Assembly (NCBI GenBank): GCA_041687695.1
Contig: JAWLBL010000013.1
Location: 162,274 to 226,273, forward strand
Direction of reading: 5' to 3'
Source: Myxococcota bacterium
Lineage (GTDB): Bacteria > Myxococcota_A > UBA9042 > PHBI01 > JAWLBL01
Length of the DNA stretch: 64,000 nucleotides
The notes beneath the pieces were generated by a model. The model was not told where the DNA came from. It saw only the letters and a list, made by a program, of their open reading frames with translations, and did not search any database. This document shows, piece by piece, positions 1 to 11,780 of this stretch (its first letter is position 1; every line of letters begins with the position of its first letter). Both the position numbers and the translations under genes were made by a program.

Positions 1-1217
1 TCCTGTGGAACGACCTGCCGGTCGGCGCGGCCTGCGACCCGTCGGGGCCGTGCGGCGAGGGCGTGGTCGAGTGCGCGCCGTCGGGGATGGCGGCGCTGTG
101 CAGCACGGGCGCGGGCGGGTCGGCCGACCAGGGCCAGCCCGAGACCTGCAACGCCGTCGACGACGACTGCGACGGCCAGACCGACGAGACGGCGGACCTC
201 GACCTGACCGTCTCGGGGTGCCCGGCCTTCGGCGTGTGCGCCGCGCTCGACCAGTTCGTGTCCTGCACCGACGGCGTGTGGATGTGCCACATGGAGTTGC
301 TGCCGGACTACGAGCCCGACGAGCAGACCTGCGACGACCAGGACAACGACTGCGACGGCCTGGTCGACGAGAGCTTCCCCGACAAGGGGCAGCTGTGCGA
401 CGGCCCGGACCCCGACCAGTGTCCGACGGGCAAGCTCGAGTGCAACGCCACGGGAGACGGGTTGGTGTGCGGCGCCGAGACGGGCAAGGGCAGCCCCGAG
501 ACCTGCGACGGCATCGACAACGACTGCGATGGCCTCATCGACGAAGGCTTCACCTACAAGGGCCTGCCGATGGGCGCGTACTGCGACGGCGTGGGCGCTT
601 GCGGGCTGGGGCGCGTGGAGTGCAACGGGCAGGGGGCGGCGACGTGCTCGACCAACCCCGACGGCAGCAAGAGCCAGGTGACGGCCGAGGTGTGCAACGG
701 CAAGGACGACGACTGCGACGGGCTGACCGACGAGGGGCTGACCTGGAACGACATCCCGGTGGGGCAGCCGTGCGACGGCGTGGGCGCCTGCGGGATGGGC
801 GTCGTGGTGTGCCACGTGAGCAGCGGCCAGGCGACGTGCTCGACCAACCCGAACGGGACGACGCCGCAGAGCACGACCGAGCTGTGCAACGGCCTGGACG
901 ACGACTGCGACGGGCAGACCGACGAGAGCTTCCCCGAGGCGGGGCAGCCGTGCGACTCGGCGGCCGACGCGGACAGCTGCAAGACGGGCGAGTGGACGTG
1001 CCAGGGCGGGCAGATGAGCTGCCAGGGCGATTACGGCTGCGTGCCGGACAGCGAGTGCTACGACCCGGGGGCGCCGGCCAAGCAGCGATGCCTGTGCGTC
1101 GGGATGCAGTGCACCAAGGCCCACGGCGACTCTTGCGACGCCTTCGGGTGCCACTGCAACGGCGGGCTGCCGTGCGTCGCGCCGAAGGTGTGCGTGCCGA
1201 ACGTGGGGTGTCAGTGA
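1..1217 (+). CDS. Cys/Asp-rich repeat surface protein with putative metal-binding repeats (MopE-related, PF11617-like); 5'-truncated
   Basis: Frame is open from the window start (LWNDLPVGAAC...). Repeated E-x-C-[ND]-x-x-D-[DN]-D-C-D-G-x-x-D-E motif (5 copies visible). TGA at 1215-1217. Confidence 0.8.
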   Translation, partial: LWNDLPVGAACDPSGPCGEGVVECAPSGMAALCSTGAGGSADQGQPETCNAVDDDCDGQTDETADLDLTVSGCPAFGVCAALDQFVSCTDGVWMCHMELLPDYEPDEQTCDDQDNDCDGLVDESFPDKGQLCDGPDPDQCPTGKLECNATGDGLVCGAETGKGSPETCDGIDNDCDGLIDEGFTYKGLPMGAYCDGVGACGLGRVECNGQGAATCSTNPDGSKSQVTAEVCNGKDDDCDGLTDEGLTWNDIPVGQPCDGVGACGMGVVVCHVSSGQATCSTNPNGTTPQSTTELCNGLDDDCDGQTDESFPEAGQPCDSAADADSCKTGEWTCQGGQMSCQGDYGCVPDSECYDPGAPAKQRCLCVGMQCTKAHGDSCDAFGCHCNGGLPCVAPKVCVPNVGCQ

Positions 1218-1254
1218 CCGGCGCCGCCGGCGTGGAACGACGAGGGAGCGCGAG

Positions 1255-3138
1255 ATGAGCTGGAGGACGGCGAGCGGGTGGGTCGCGGCGATGTGGGCGG
1301 CCTGCGCCGTCGGCCTGGGGGCCGCGGGGTGCGGAGACGACGAGCCGGGCGGCGCCGCGGACGCGGATGTCGTGGCGCCGAAGGCCGACGCCGCCGACGA
1401 CGTGGGTGGCGAGGCCGACGCGGCGGACGAGGTGGCCGAGGACGCGGTCGAGCCCGACGCCGAGCCCGCGTGCGCCGAGGGGACGCCCTGCGACGACGGC
1501 GACCCGTGCACGACCGACGACGCGTGCGACGCGGCCGGGCAGTGCGTCGGCGGCGGCGCGACGTGCGACGACGGCCTGGCGTGTACGGCGGACACGTGCG
1601 ACCAGGGCGCGTGCGAGCACACGCTGGTCGCCGGCTTCTGCCTGACCGAGGGCGAGGCGCCCAGCTGCGTGGCCCACAACGGCAAGGACACGGCCGGGTG
1701 CCGGCTGTGCGACGCCGAGGCGCAGGGCGGGCCCAAGTGGAAGAACGCGGCCATTGGCGCCCTGTGCGACGACGGCGACGCCTGCACGGCCGACGACCGC
1801 TGCGAGATCGGGGTGTGCGTCGGCAAGACGGCGGTGACGTGCGCCCCCAGCACCGCGTGTATGCAGGTGGCGTGCGAGCCGGCGGTGGGCTGCGTCGAGA
1901 CGCCCATCGTCGCGGCCTGCGACGACCTGGACGCGTGCACGGCGGACGACGAGTGCAAGGACGGCGTGTGCGTGGGCAAGCCCATCACGTGCGACGACGC
2001 CAACCCGTGCACGGTCGACAGCTGCGACGTGTTCGAGGGCTGCGTCTACGACCCGAGCAGCCAGTGCGACGACGGCGACCCGTGCACCGAGGACGCGTGC
2101 CTGGTGGACGGCAGCTGCGTGAACACGCCGTTCGACGGGCCGTGCGAGGACGGCGACCTGTGCACGACCGGCGAGCAGTGCGCCGAGGGGACGTGCGCCG
2201 GCGGCGAGCCCGTCGTCTGTGACGACGACAACGCCTGCACGGTCGACTCGTGCGACCCGGCCAAGGGGTGCCTGCACCTGTTCGACGACGGCGGCTGCGA
2301 CGACGGGCTCGAGTGCACGACGAGCGACTTCTGCGCCTCGGGCGTGTGCCTGGGCAGCAAGACCGAGACGTGCCCCCTGTGCGCGACCCCGTCGTCGTCG
2401 ATGGCCGTCCGGGTCGCGAGCCTGCAGATCGGGGACGCCGGGCAGCCGGGCGACGGGCTGGACGTCGACGGCAAGCTCTCGACCTGCTCGCCGGCGGGCG
2501 ACTGCAGCGAGGGCATCGACAACAACCTGGGCCTGCTCGCGCCCATCGTGAACCCGTCGATGAACCAGAGCATCGCCGAGGGCGGCCTGCACTTCGTCAT
2601 CGACCTCTCCCAGGCGACCTTCGACGGCCAGCCGTTCCCCCTCGTGGTCTACGACGCCGATCTGATGCAGCCCTGGTGCGACTTCACCGCGGCGACGTGC
2701 AACTACCGCGCGCGCCAGGTCAGCTTCGACGGCGACTGCACGCCCTACTTCGCCATGGACAACGCCGTCATCGAGGCCGGGCGCCTGCGGGGCGGCGGCA
2801 AGGGGTCGGTCATCACCATGGTCATCCCGCTCAGCGGGTCCAGCTCGCTGCCGCTGACCCTGGCCGACGCGGTCATCGAGGGGGACGTCTCGACGACCCC
2901 CGACGGCACCAAGATCATCGGCCTCAACGGCGTCATCGCGGGCGCGCTGCCCAAGACGCAGCTCATCGCGGCCATCGAGGCCTTCGACGAGGATCTCCTG
3001 CCGCTCGACAAGGAGGTCGTCGTCGACCTGCTCGAGAGCATCATCGAGCCGGACATCGACGTGGACGGCGACGGTGTCTTCGAGTCGGCGAGCCTCGGCA
3101 TGTCCGTCAACACGGTGCCGGCCAACCTGGTCCCGTGA
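1255..3138 (+). CDS. Cys-rich repeat lipoprotein (CDDGDPCTxD repeats) with C-terminal globular domain
   Basis: Lipobox-like GAAGC after a hydrophobic stretch; about 10 C-[DE]-D-x-x-x-C-T-x-D repeats; SD GGGAG upstream. Confidence 0.8.
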   Translation: MSWRTASGWVAAMWAACAVGLGAAGCGDDEPGGAADADVVAPKADAADDVGGEADAADEVAEDAVEPDAEPACAEGTPCDDGDPCTTDDACDAAGQCVGGGATCDDGLACTADTCDQGACEHTLVAGFCLTEGEAPSCVAHNGKDTAGCRLCDAEAQGGPKWKNAAIGALCDDGDACTADDRCEIGVCVGKTAVTCAPSTACMQVACEPAVGCVETPIVAACDDLDACTADDECKDGVCVGKPITCDDANPCTVDSCDVFEGCVYDPSSQCDDGDPCTEDACLVDGSCVNTPFDGPCEDGDLCTTGEQCAEGTCAGGEPVVCDDDNACTVDSCDPAKGCLHLFDDGGCDDGLECTTSDFCASGVCLGSKTETCPLCATPSSSMAVRVASLQIGDAGQPGDGLDVDGKLSTCSPAGDCSEGIDNNLGLLAPIVNPSMNQSIAEGGLHFVIDLSQATFDGQPFPLVVYDADLMQPWCDFTAATCNYRARQVSFDGDCTPYFAMDNAVIEAGRLRGGGKGSVITMVIPLSGSSSLPLTLADAVIEGDVSTTPDGTKIIGLNGVIAGALPKTQLIAAIEAFDEDLLPLDKEVVVDLLESIIEPDIDVDGDGVFESASLGMSVNTVPANLVP

Positions 3139-3147
3139 CGTCGTCGG

Positions 3148-4983
3148 TCAGCGGATCTCGAGCACGAACGGCATCAGGGCGACGGCGCCCTCGCGGGCGA
3201 GCAGCGTCTCGACCAGGCTGACCGCGCGGGACAGGCGCTCGGCCAGGGGCGCCGGCAGGCCCACCAGCGCCGGCAGCGTGGGCGTCGCGCCGCGCAGGAG
3301 CAGCCGCGGGGCCACGAGCTGCAGCTGGTCCTCTTGCAGCAGCTCGAGGATCGAGCGCGGCTCGGGATAGGTCACCAGGCGCGCCTGGGCGCGGTCGATC
3401 TTGGCCAGCCGGGCGGCCTCGGCCACGGCCTCGTCCAGGCCCCCGAGCCCGTCGACCAGGCCCATGGCCAGCGCCTGCTGTCCGCTCCAGACGCGGCCCT
3501 GCGCGACCCGGTGGACGGCGTCATAGGACATGCGGCGCCCCTTGGCGACGCGGTTGACGAAGGTGTCGTAGGTGCGCTGCATCCACGCGCGCACGGTCGC
3601 GCGCTCGGAGTCGCTGAAGGCGTCGAGCGGCGAGAAGATGCCGGCGTGCTTGCCGCGGCTGACCACGACGGTGTTGACGCCGAGCTTTCCGAGCAGGCCG
3701 CGGAAGACCACCTTGCCGCCGAAGACGCCGATGGAGCCCGTGATGGTCGTCGGCTCGGCGAGGATCTTCTGGGCGCCGCAGGCGATGTAGTAGCCGCCCG
3801 AGGCCGCCATGTTGCCCATCGAGACGACCACCGGGCGGGACTTGCCGACGCGGCGGAGCTCCTGCCAGATGAGGTCGCTCGCCAGGGCCGAGCCGCCCGG
3901 GCTGTCGATGCGCAGGACGATGGCCTTGACCGAGGCGTCGTCCTCGATGTCGCGCAGGGTCTGCACCAGCGTCTCGGACGCGATGACCGCCTCGCTCGCG
4001 AAGGGGTCGTCGGACCCGCGCCCGGTCACGATGGGGCCCTCGGCCGTGACCAGGGCGATCTTGGCCTCCGCCGCCGGCGCCCGGTCCGGCCGGCGGGTCA
4101 GGAGCTGCAGCAGCCCCATGAAGGAGCCGACGTCGGGCAGCGGCTCGGCCTTGGGGTAGGCCAGCTCGAGCGAGCGGTGGCTGGCCTCGAGGCTCCGCTT
4201 GAGGTCCTGCCACGTCGTGAGCTGGTCGACGAGGCCGCGCTTTCGGGCCTCCTCGGCCGTGAGCAGCCCGCGGTCCATCAGCGCCGTGACCTGGGCCGGG
4301 GTCAGCCGCCGGTTCTTGGCGAGCTCGGCCACCAGGCTGTCGAACAGGCTGCCGACCAGGGCGTCGAAGGCTTCGCGCGCCGCGTCCGAGATGTCCGACC
4401 GGGTCATCGGCTCGGCGGCGCTCTTGTAGCGCCCGATGGCCTCGACGTCGGCCTGGATCCCCAGCCTGTCGAGCAGGTCCTTGTAGAAGGCCAGCTCGGC
4501 GCGGAGGCCCGTCAGCAGGATCAGCCCCTCGGGGGTGGCGTGGACCTCGTCGGCGGCCGTCGCGGCCAGCATCATCCCGTTCTCGGCCGCGTCGAGGTGC
4601 GTCACGACCCGCTTGCCGGCCGCGCGGACGCGCCGCAGCGCGTGGGTCAGCTCTTGCAGCTGCGCGAGGCCCATCTGCGTCGTGCCCAGGCGCAGGACCA
4701 CGGTGCCGACGTCGTCGCGGGCGGCGGCGTCGTCCAGGGCGGCCAGCAGCTCGGAGAAGACCAGCGTCTTGTCGAGGCCCAGGATGTCCCAGGGGTTGTT
4801 CGCCTCGGCGACGCGGCCCGAGAGCTTGAAGACGAGGGCGCGCGGCTTGGCCTGCGGCGCGGCGGCGTTCGTCAGGCCGGGCAGGTTGAACGGGAACGCG
4901 TGGGCCGCCGCGGTGGCGACGAGCACGATCAGGGCGACGGGGGCGGCGAGGAGCAGGGCGAGGGGGCGTCGGGGCTGGCGCAT
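3148..4983 (-). CDS. sppA: Signal peptide peptidase SppA (protease IV, 67K type)
   Basis: Two S49 domains; GRYKSAAEP (catalytic Lys), RIDSPGGS, MAASGGYY (catalytic Ser), TITGSIGV, QGRVWSG. Confidence 0.92.
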   Translation of the reverse strand: MRQPRRPLALLLAAPVALIVLVATAAAHAFPFNLPGLTNAAAPQAKPRALVFKLSGRVAEANNPWDILGLDKTLVFSELLAALDDAAARDDVGTVVLRLGTTQMGLAQLQELTHALRRVRAAGKRVVTHLDAAENGMMLAATAADEVHATPEGLILLTGLRAELAFYKDLLDRLGIQADVEAIGRYKSAAEPMTRSDISDAAREAFDALVGSLFDSLVAELAKNRRLTPAQVTALMDRGLLTAEEARKRGLVDQLTTWQDLKRSLEASHRSLELAYPKAEPLPDVGSFMGLLQLLTRRPDRAPAAEAKIALVTAEGPIVTGRGSDDPFASEAVIASETLVQTLRDIEDDASVKAIVLRIDSPGGSALASDLIWQELRRVGKSRPVVVSMGNMAASGGYYIACGAQKILAEPTTITGSIGVFGGKVVFRGLLGKLGVNTVVVSRGKHAGIFSPLDAFSDSERATVRAWMQRTYDTFVNRVAKGRRMSYDAVHRVAQGRVWSGQQALAMGLVDGLGGLDEAVAEAARLAKIDRAQARLVTYPEPRSILELLQEDQLQLVAPRLLLRGATPTLPALVGLPAPLAERLSRAVSLVETLLAREGAVALMPFVLEIR

Positions 4984-5086
4984 GGGAAGCCTTGGTCTCG
5001 GTCGTCGCGGGGCGGCCGTGGCGCCCGACGGGCACGCAGGGGCCGAGCGTCACGCCGGCCGATCGGCTGCCGGGGGAACCGTTGGT

Positions 5087-5995
5087 TCAGGGGCGGTATT
5101 CCTCGCCGTCGAGCAGAGGTCGCGCGAACGGCAAGGCGGCGAGGAGGGCGACGGCGGCCCGCCGCTCGTCCGAGGTGGGCACGCGTCCGAGCGGGCCGGC
5201 GCGACCCGCGAGGTGGAAGGGATGATAGCCCGTCATGAGGTTGACGGGGACGTTCGGGTGGTGGGCCGCCAGCCACGTCAATACGGGCTCGGTGCAGCAG
5301 GACAGGTGGCCGGGCATCAGCAGGTGGCGCACGACGAGCTGCCCCGACCGGGCGACGAGGGCGAGCAGGGGCTCGAGGGTCGCGAGGTAGTCGCGCGCGC
5401 CGGAGAGCTTGAGCGCGCAGCGGTCGCTGCCGAACTTGTGATCGACCAGCCAGGTCCCGACGACGCCGGTGAGGCGGCCGACGACCTCGGGCGTGGTCCA
5501 CAGGTTGGTGTTCCACACGACGTGGGTGTCGGGCCGGCACAGGGCCAGCGTCTCGAGGACGTACAGGAGGTTCACGTCCGGCAGGCCGCCGACGAAGTTG
5601 ACGTTGCGGGCGCCCTCGGCGCGGCGGCGCGCGATCCGGCGGGCGAGGGCGGCGGGCGGCAGCGGCGCCCCGTGGGCGAGCGGCTCGCGCACCTGGCGGT
5701 CGTCGCTGCAGAAGACGCAGCGGAAGTTGCAGCCCGTCAGGTAGACGGTGTGCGACGGCAGGAGGCACCGCTCCTCGCCGAGGTGCAGGTACTCCTTGTA
5801 GACGCGGCCGCCGACGCCGACGCCGCAGGGGCCCAGGGCGCCCGAGAGGCGGTCGACGCCGCAGCGGACGGCGCAGACGTCGCAGGCGCGGTAGCGTTCC
5901 CGGGTCCAGACCAGCGCGTCTCGCAGGCGCTGGGGATCGACGCCGACCGAGAGGTCGGGCACGGGAGAGCCTGGGGTTTCGACGGGCGCCTGCAC
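5087..5995 (-). CDS. Radical SAM protein, PflX-like
   Basis: CNFRCVFC (CxxxCxxC), N-terminal CDVCAVRCGVDR, NFVGG, VRHLLMPGH. Confidence 0.8.
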   Translation of the reverse strand: MQAPVETPGSPVPDLSVGVDPQRLRDALVWTRERYRACDVCAVRCGVDRLSGALGPCGVGVGGRVYKEYLHLGEERCLLPSHTVYLTGCNFRCVFCSDDRQVREPLAHGAPLPPAALARRIARRRAEGARNVNFVGGLPDVNLLYVLETLALCRPDTHVVWNTNLWTTPEVVGRLTGVVGTWLVDHKFGSDRCALKLSGARDYLATLEPLLALVARSGQLVVRHLLMPGHLSCCTEPVLTWLAAHHPNVPVNLMTGYHPFHLAGRAGPLGRVPTSDERRAAVALLAALPFARPLLDGEEYRP

Positions 5996-6045
5996 GGCGG
6001 GTATCCTAGCGCAACTGGGCGCGCGAGGCGCGCGGGAGGCAGGCG

Positions 6046-6984
6046 ATGGGGCGACGGTGGCGGGCAGGGATCTGGGTGGGGGCGCTGAGCGCGGGCGTGG
6101 CCGGGTGCGCCACGCCGCCGCCGCCCAAGCCGCCGGTGACCCCCACGCAGCGCGTCGTCACGTTCTACAACACGACCGACGAGTGCGCCGTCGCGGCGCC
6201 GGTGACGCTTCGCACGGGCGCGGACGCTGGCGTCGTCGAGGTGCCGCCCGGCGGCGAGGCGCGCGTGACCGTCCCCACGGCGACCGACGCGTTGTCGGCG
6301 ACGTGGGCCGGGCGCCCCGATCGGGCCGTGCCGCTGCCGCGCGACGGGGACGTCGCGTTCGTGGGGTGCGCGCACCCCGTGTTTCGGCGGCCGACGCCCG
6401 GCGCCGCGCCGGTCACGCTGGTCCAGCGCGAGCACGCCTGCGACGACGGCCCCTACGGCGTCGCGACCTGGCGTCTCGAGGACGCGCCCGTGGCCGTGAC
6501 GCGGCCGGGCGCCTCGGTGACGCGCTGGCTGCCCCTCTCCGAGCTGGTGCTGGCCGTCGGCCTCGCGGGCCGAGCGCCCGAGGACCTCGCAGGCGTCATC
6601 GTTCCGCCCGCGGCGGACGCCGACGAGCCGCGCCGGGTCGTCCTGGGCTGCGACGACAGCCCGCGCGCCGGGGGGCGCTTGCTGCCGCTGACCGTGTGGG
6701 CCACCGCCGAGGGCTGCGAGCGTCCGGCGCCGGTGGGCGTGGTGCTGGCCGGCCGTCGCCTGCGCATCGAGCCGGGCGCCGCCTTCACGGTCTCGCTGCC
6801 GGCGGGGCGCCACCTCGTGACACCGTTCGATCCCGAAAGCGGCGCCACGGCGGACGAGCCGGTGGCCGTCGAGCTGACCGACCGCGGGGCCGTCCTCACG
6901 CGGTCCGCCTGCGGCTCCGCCGCGCGCGAGGTCGACGCGCCGGACGCCGTCGGCGACCTTGTCCCGAGCGGCGACGTGCGTTAG
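6046..6984 (+). CDS. Hypothetical lipoprotein
   Basis: Lipobox GVAGC, SD GGAGG, GC-rich third codon positions. Confidence 0.6.
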   Translation: MGRRWRAGIWVGALSAGVAGCATPPPPKPPVTPTQRVVTFYNTTDECAVAAPVTLRTGADAGVVEVPPGGEARVTVPTATDALSATWAGRPDRAVPLPRDGDVAFVGCAHPVFRRPTPGAAPVTLVQREHACDDGPYGVATWRLEDAPVAVTRPGASVTRWLPLSELVLAVGLAGRAPEDLAGVIVPPAADADEPRRVVLGCDDSPRAGGRLLPLTVWATAEGCERPAPVGVVLAGRRLRIEPGAAFTVSLPAGRHLVTPFDPESGATADEPVAVELTDRGAVLTRSACGSAAREVDAPDAVGDLVPSGDVR

Positions 6985-7023
6985 CGTCCCGCGCTTCCAA
7001 ACCCGGAGCGAGCGGAGCGAGCC

Positions 7024-8522
<1,499 letters not shown>

Positions 8523-8526
<4 letters not shown>

Positions 8527-9272
8527 AGGTCCTGGTCGCCGGCTTCGACGAGGCGGCGACCGAGCGGCTGTCCGTGGCGCTGCGGGCCGCCGGGCACCAC
8601 GTCGTCGGCGTGACCGGCCGCGAGAGCTGCCGGGCGCTGGTGCGCGCCGTGGGGCCCGACCGGGTCCTGGCGCCGGCGGGCGACGGCGAGGTCCTGGTGG
8701 CCGAGTGGCTGGCCGACCTGGACGCGGTGCCGCCGCTGGTGGCGCTGGCGCCCGGCGAGCCGCCGGAGACGGCCCTGGCGCCCCCGCGCGTCACGACCGG
8801 CCGCGTCACCCCGATGGCGCCGGAGCCGGCGCCGCGCCCCGCGCCGGCAGCGCGCCCTGCGCCCGCGCCGCCCGCCGTCCCCTCGGCGCCGCCGCGGCCA
8901 CCCGATCCGCCGCCTCGTGCCCTCGAGCCCGAGCCATGGCTGAACGACGCGCCCCCGGCCCCGCAGCCCGGCCAGCCGAACATCGCCTCCAAGCTTGCTC
9001 AGGTCCGCTTCGGTGACTACCACTCAGTCCTCGAGACGACCGCAGCCGCCTCCGCGTGGGAGGTCCGCGAGCAGTTCGTCCACCTGGCGCGGCTGTACAG
9101 CCCGGCGGGCTGGCCGAGTCGGCTGAGCCCGGAAGACATTGACATGCTGGTCGAAATCGGTCGCGGGCTCCGGGACGCCTACGGTATCTTGGGCGACCCC
9201 GAGCTCAGGACCCGTTACGAGCGCGCCCTCACCGAGGCCAGCGCGCCCGGCCTCGAGCCCCTGCGACGCTGA
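8523..9272 (+). CDS. Degenerate receiver-like domain + Pro-rich linker + J-like domain lacking HPD
   Basis: GTGA overlap with cysS stop. N-terminal KVLVAG..LRAAGHHV resembles a receiver domain. C-terminal DYHSVLE...AYGILGDPELRTRYE resembles a DnaJ domain. Confidence 0.65.
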
Positions 9273-9296
9273 CGCCGGCCAGCACAGAGAGAATCC

Positions 9297-9848
9297 ATGG
9301 CACGCCTCCCCCTGGTCTACTATCCCGACGTCGTCCTCAAGACGCGCTGCAGCGACATCACCGAGATCGACCAGGAGCTCGTGGACCTCGTCAAAGACAT
9401 GGGCGAGACCATGTACCTGTCGCACGGCATCGGCCTTGCCGCGCCGCAGGTCGCCAAGAACATCCGGCTCGTCACGGTCGACGTCGAGCCCGACCGCGGC
9501 GGGGCGACGCTGATGCACCTCATCAACCCGGTCATCGCCGACAGCCACGGAAAGACGACCTACCAGGAAGGCTGCCTGTCGTTCCCCGGCATCTCGGCCG
9601 AGGTCCGGCGCAAGGACAAGATCCACGTCAAGGCCTACGACGTGAACGGCCGCGAGCTCGACTTCGAGGCCGACGGCCTGCTCTCCATCTGCATCCAGCA
9701 CGAGCTCGACCACCTCAACGGCGTGACCTTCGTCGACCGCCTCAACCCGGTGCAGAAGAAGCTCGTCCTGCGCGACTACCTGCGCATGCGCGAGGACGAC
9801 CGCGAGGACGACACGCTCGAGGCCATCCGCTCGGTGCACCAGAAGTAG
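9297..9848 (+). CDS. def: Peptide deformylase
   Basis: GIGLAAPQV, EGCLS, QHELDHLNG. Confidence 0.97.
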   Translation: MARLPLVYYPDVVLKTRCSDITEIDQELVDLVKDMGETMYLSHGIGLAAPQVAKNIRLVTVDVEPDRGGATLMHLINPVIADSHGKTTYQEGCLSFPGISAEVRRKDKIHVKAYDVNGRELDFEADGLLSICIQHELDHLNGVTFVDRLNPVQKKLVLRDYLRMREDDREDDTLEAIRSVHQK

Positions 9849-9857
9849 GAGCACTTC

Positions 9858-10805
9858 GTGCGCATCGTGTTCATGGGCACGCCCGAGTTCGCGGCCGTGT
9901 CGCTGCGCGCGCTGCTCGGCTCCCACCACACCGTCGCCGGCGTCGTCTCGCAGCCGGACCGCCCCGCCGGCCGCGGCAACGCCATGAAGCCTCCCGAGGT
10001 CGCGGTGGTGGCCCGCGAGCACGGCCTGCCGCTCATCCAGCCCGAGGCCGTGCGCACCCGCGAGTTCCGCGCCTGGCTCCGCGCCCGCGAACCCGAGATA
10101 GGCGTCGTGGCGGCCTTCGGGCACGTCCTCGGCCCCAAGGTCCTGGGCCTGCCGCCGCGCGGCTGCCTGAACGTGCACGCCAGCCTGTTGCCGCGCTGGC
10201 GCGGCGCGGCCCCCATCCAGGCGGCGCTGCTCGCGGGCGACCCCGAGTCGGGAGTGTGCATCATGCGCATGGAGCCCGGGCTCGACACCGGCCCCGTGCT
10301 CCATCGCCTCGCCACGCCCATCACCGACCAGGACACCGCCGAGACCCTGCACGACCGCCTGGCCGCCCTCGGCGCCCGGGCGCTGCTCGAGGCCCTCGAC
10401 CGCCTCGAGGCCGGCCCCGTCCCGGCCGAGGCGCAGCCGGCCGAGGGCGTCACCTGGGCGTCGCCGCTGCGCCGCGACGACGCGGACCTCGACTTCACCC
10501 AGCCCGCCGAGGCCCTGGCGCGGCGCGTGCGCGGCCTGCACCCGTGGCCCGGCACGCGCGCCCGGCTCGGCGGCCAGAGCGTCAAGGTCTTCCCGCCGGT
10601 CGCGGCCCTGCCGCCCGACGAAGCCACGGCCGGCGCGTCCCCCGGGACCGTGGTCGCGGCCGGCCCCGACGGCGTGGACGTCGCGACCGGTGACGGCGGC
10701 CGCCTGCGGCTGATGCGCCTGCAGGCCCCCGGCCGCAAGCCGCTCGACGCGGGCCCGTTCCTGGCCGGCCATCCGCTCCCCCCAGGCACCCGGTTCGACC
10801 CATGA
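9858..10805 (+). CDS. fmt: Methionyl-tRNA formyltransferase
   Basis: RIVFMGTPEFA, NVHASLLPRWRGAAPIQ, GLDTGP; follows def. Confidence 0.97.
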   Translation: MRIVFMGTPEFAAVSLRALLGSHHTVAGVVSQPDRPAGRGNAMKPPEVAVVAREHGLPLIQPEAVRTREFRAWLRAREPEIGVVAAFGHVLGPKVLGLPPRGCLNVHASLLPRWRGAAPIQAALLAGDPESGVCIMRMEPGLDTGPVLHRLATPITDQDTAETLHDRLAALGARALLEALDRLEAGPVPAEAQPAEGVTWASPLRRDDADLDFTQPAEALARRVRGLHPWPGTRARLGGQSVKVFPPVAALPPDEATAGASPGTVVAAGPDGVDVATGDGGRLRLMRLQAPGRKPLDAGPFLAGHPLPPGTRFDP

Positions 10806-11764
10806 ACGCACATCGCACGACCGCGCGCGCCGTCCGGGCCCGCTCGCCCTGGGCGGGCGTGGTGGCCGCGCTGCTCGCCGTGGCCTGTGGCACCGACCCG
10901 GTCGGTGGCGGCGAGCGCGCCCTCGAGGAAGCGCTCGCGACGAGCCGCGGCGAGGTGTCCCCCGAGGCGAGGGTCTGGGGCGCCGAGCCGCCGCCCCTGG
11001 CCGGCGCCAGCCCGCACCGCATGACCGTCGAGGCCAGCTTCTCGCTGCGCGTGGGCGACAAGGAGACGCAGACCGTCACCATCGCGCGGCGCATCGATCG
11101 CCGCGGCGACGCCTTCCGCATCGACGAGCGCCACGCCCTCGCGCACCCGCAGCTGACCGACGGCGAGTACGAGGACGGGCGCGAGGCCGTGTTCGACGGT
11201 CGCCGCTTCGCCACCCGGCGCAAGTGGAGCCCCTGGATCGAGCGGGACACGCTGTACGGCGGCCACGCGACCGCCATCCGCGAGGCCTACGGGCTGGCCG
11301 AGCCCGTCCTGACGGCCTACGAGCCGTGGCTGAGGTGGGTCCCGGTCGCGGGCGAGCCCGAGCTGGCCGGCCTGCCGGTCCGTTGGTCGTCGGCCCAGCT
11401 GGACCCCGGCGGCGCCCCGCCCAGCGCCACGCCGGCCGCGCTCGCCGCCCAACGCGACAACCAGCGCGCCTGGCCGCAGTGGCTCGGCGCGACGCACCGG
11501 CCCCAGCGCGTCGTGGGCAGCGTGGCCCACCGGGTCGGGTCCAGCGAGGTGGTCGCCCTCGAGCTGAAGATCGAAGGCACGGCCACGGTCGAGGGCAAGC
11601 AGGCGCCGTTCACGCTGACCCTGACCATGAAGCCCGAGGCGCTGCCCGAGGACGCCGATCTGGCGCTGCCTGACGAGGTGCTGCCGGCGCGCCGTCCGCG
11701 CCCGTGGCAGATGGTCGAGGAGGTCCTGGGCGACGCGCTGAACCCGATCTACGTCCGCAAGTAG
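10802..11764 (+). CDS. Hypothetical lipoprotein
   Basis: ATGA overlap with fmt; lipobox LAVAC. Confidence 0.65.
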   Translation: MNAHRTTARAVRARSPWAGVVAALLAVACGTDPVGGGERALEEALATSRGEVSPEARVWGAEPPPLAGASPHRMTVEASFSLRVGDKETQTVTIARRIDRRGDAFRIDERHALAHPQLTDGEYEDGREAVFDGRRFATRRKWSPWIERDTLYGGHATAIREAYGLAEPVLTAYEPWLRWVPVAGEPELAGLPVRWSSAQLDPGGAPPSATPAALAAQRDNQRAWPQWLGATHRPQRVVGSVAHRVGSSEVVALELKIEGTATVEGKQAPFTLTLTMKPEALPEDADLALPDEVLPARRPRPWQMVEEVLGDALNPIYVRK

Positions 11765-11780
11765 GCGGCCGGCGCCAAGT

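Noticed and set aside
5087..5995. RiPP-modifying radical SAM cluster
   Set aside because: PflX-like with no SPASM domain; no precursor peptide or transporter nearby.
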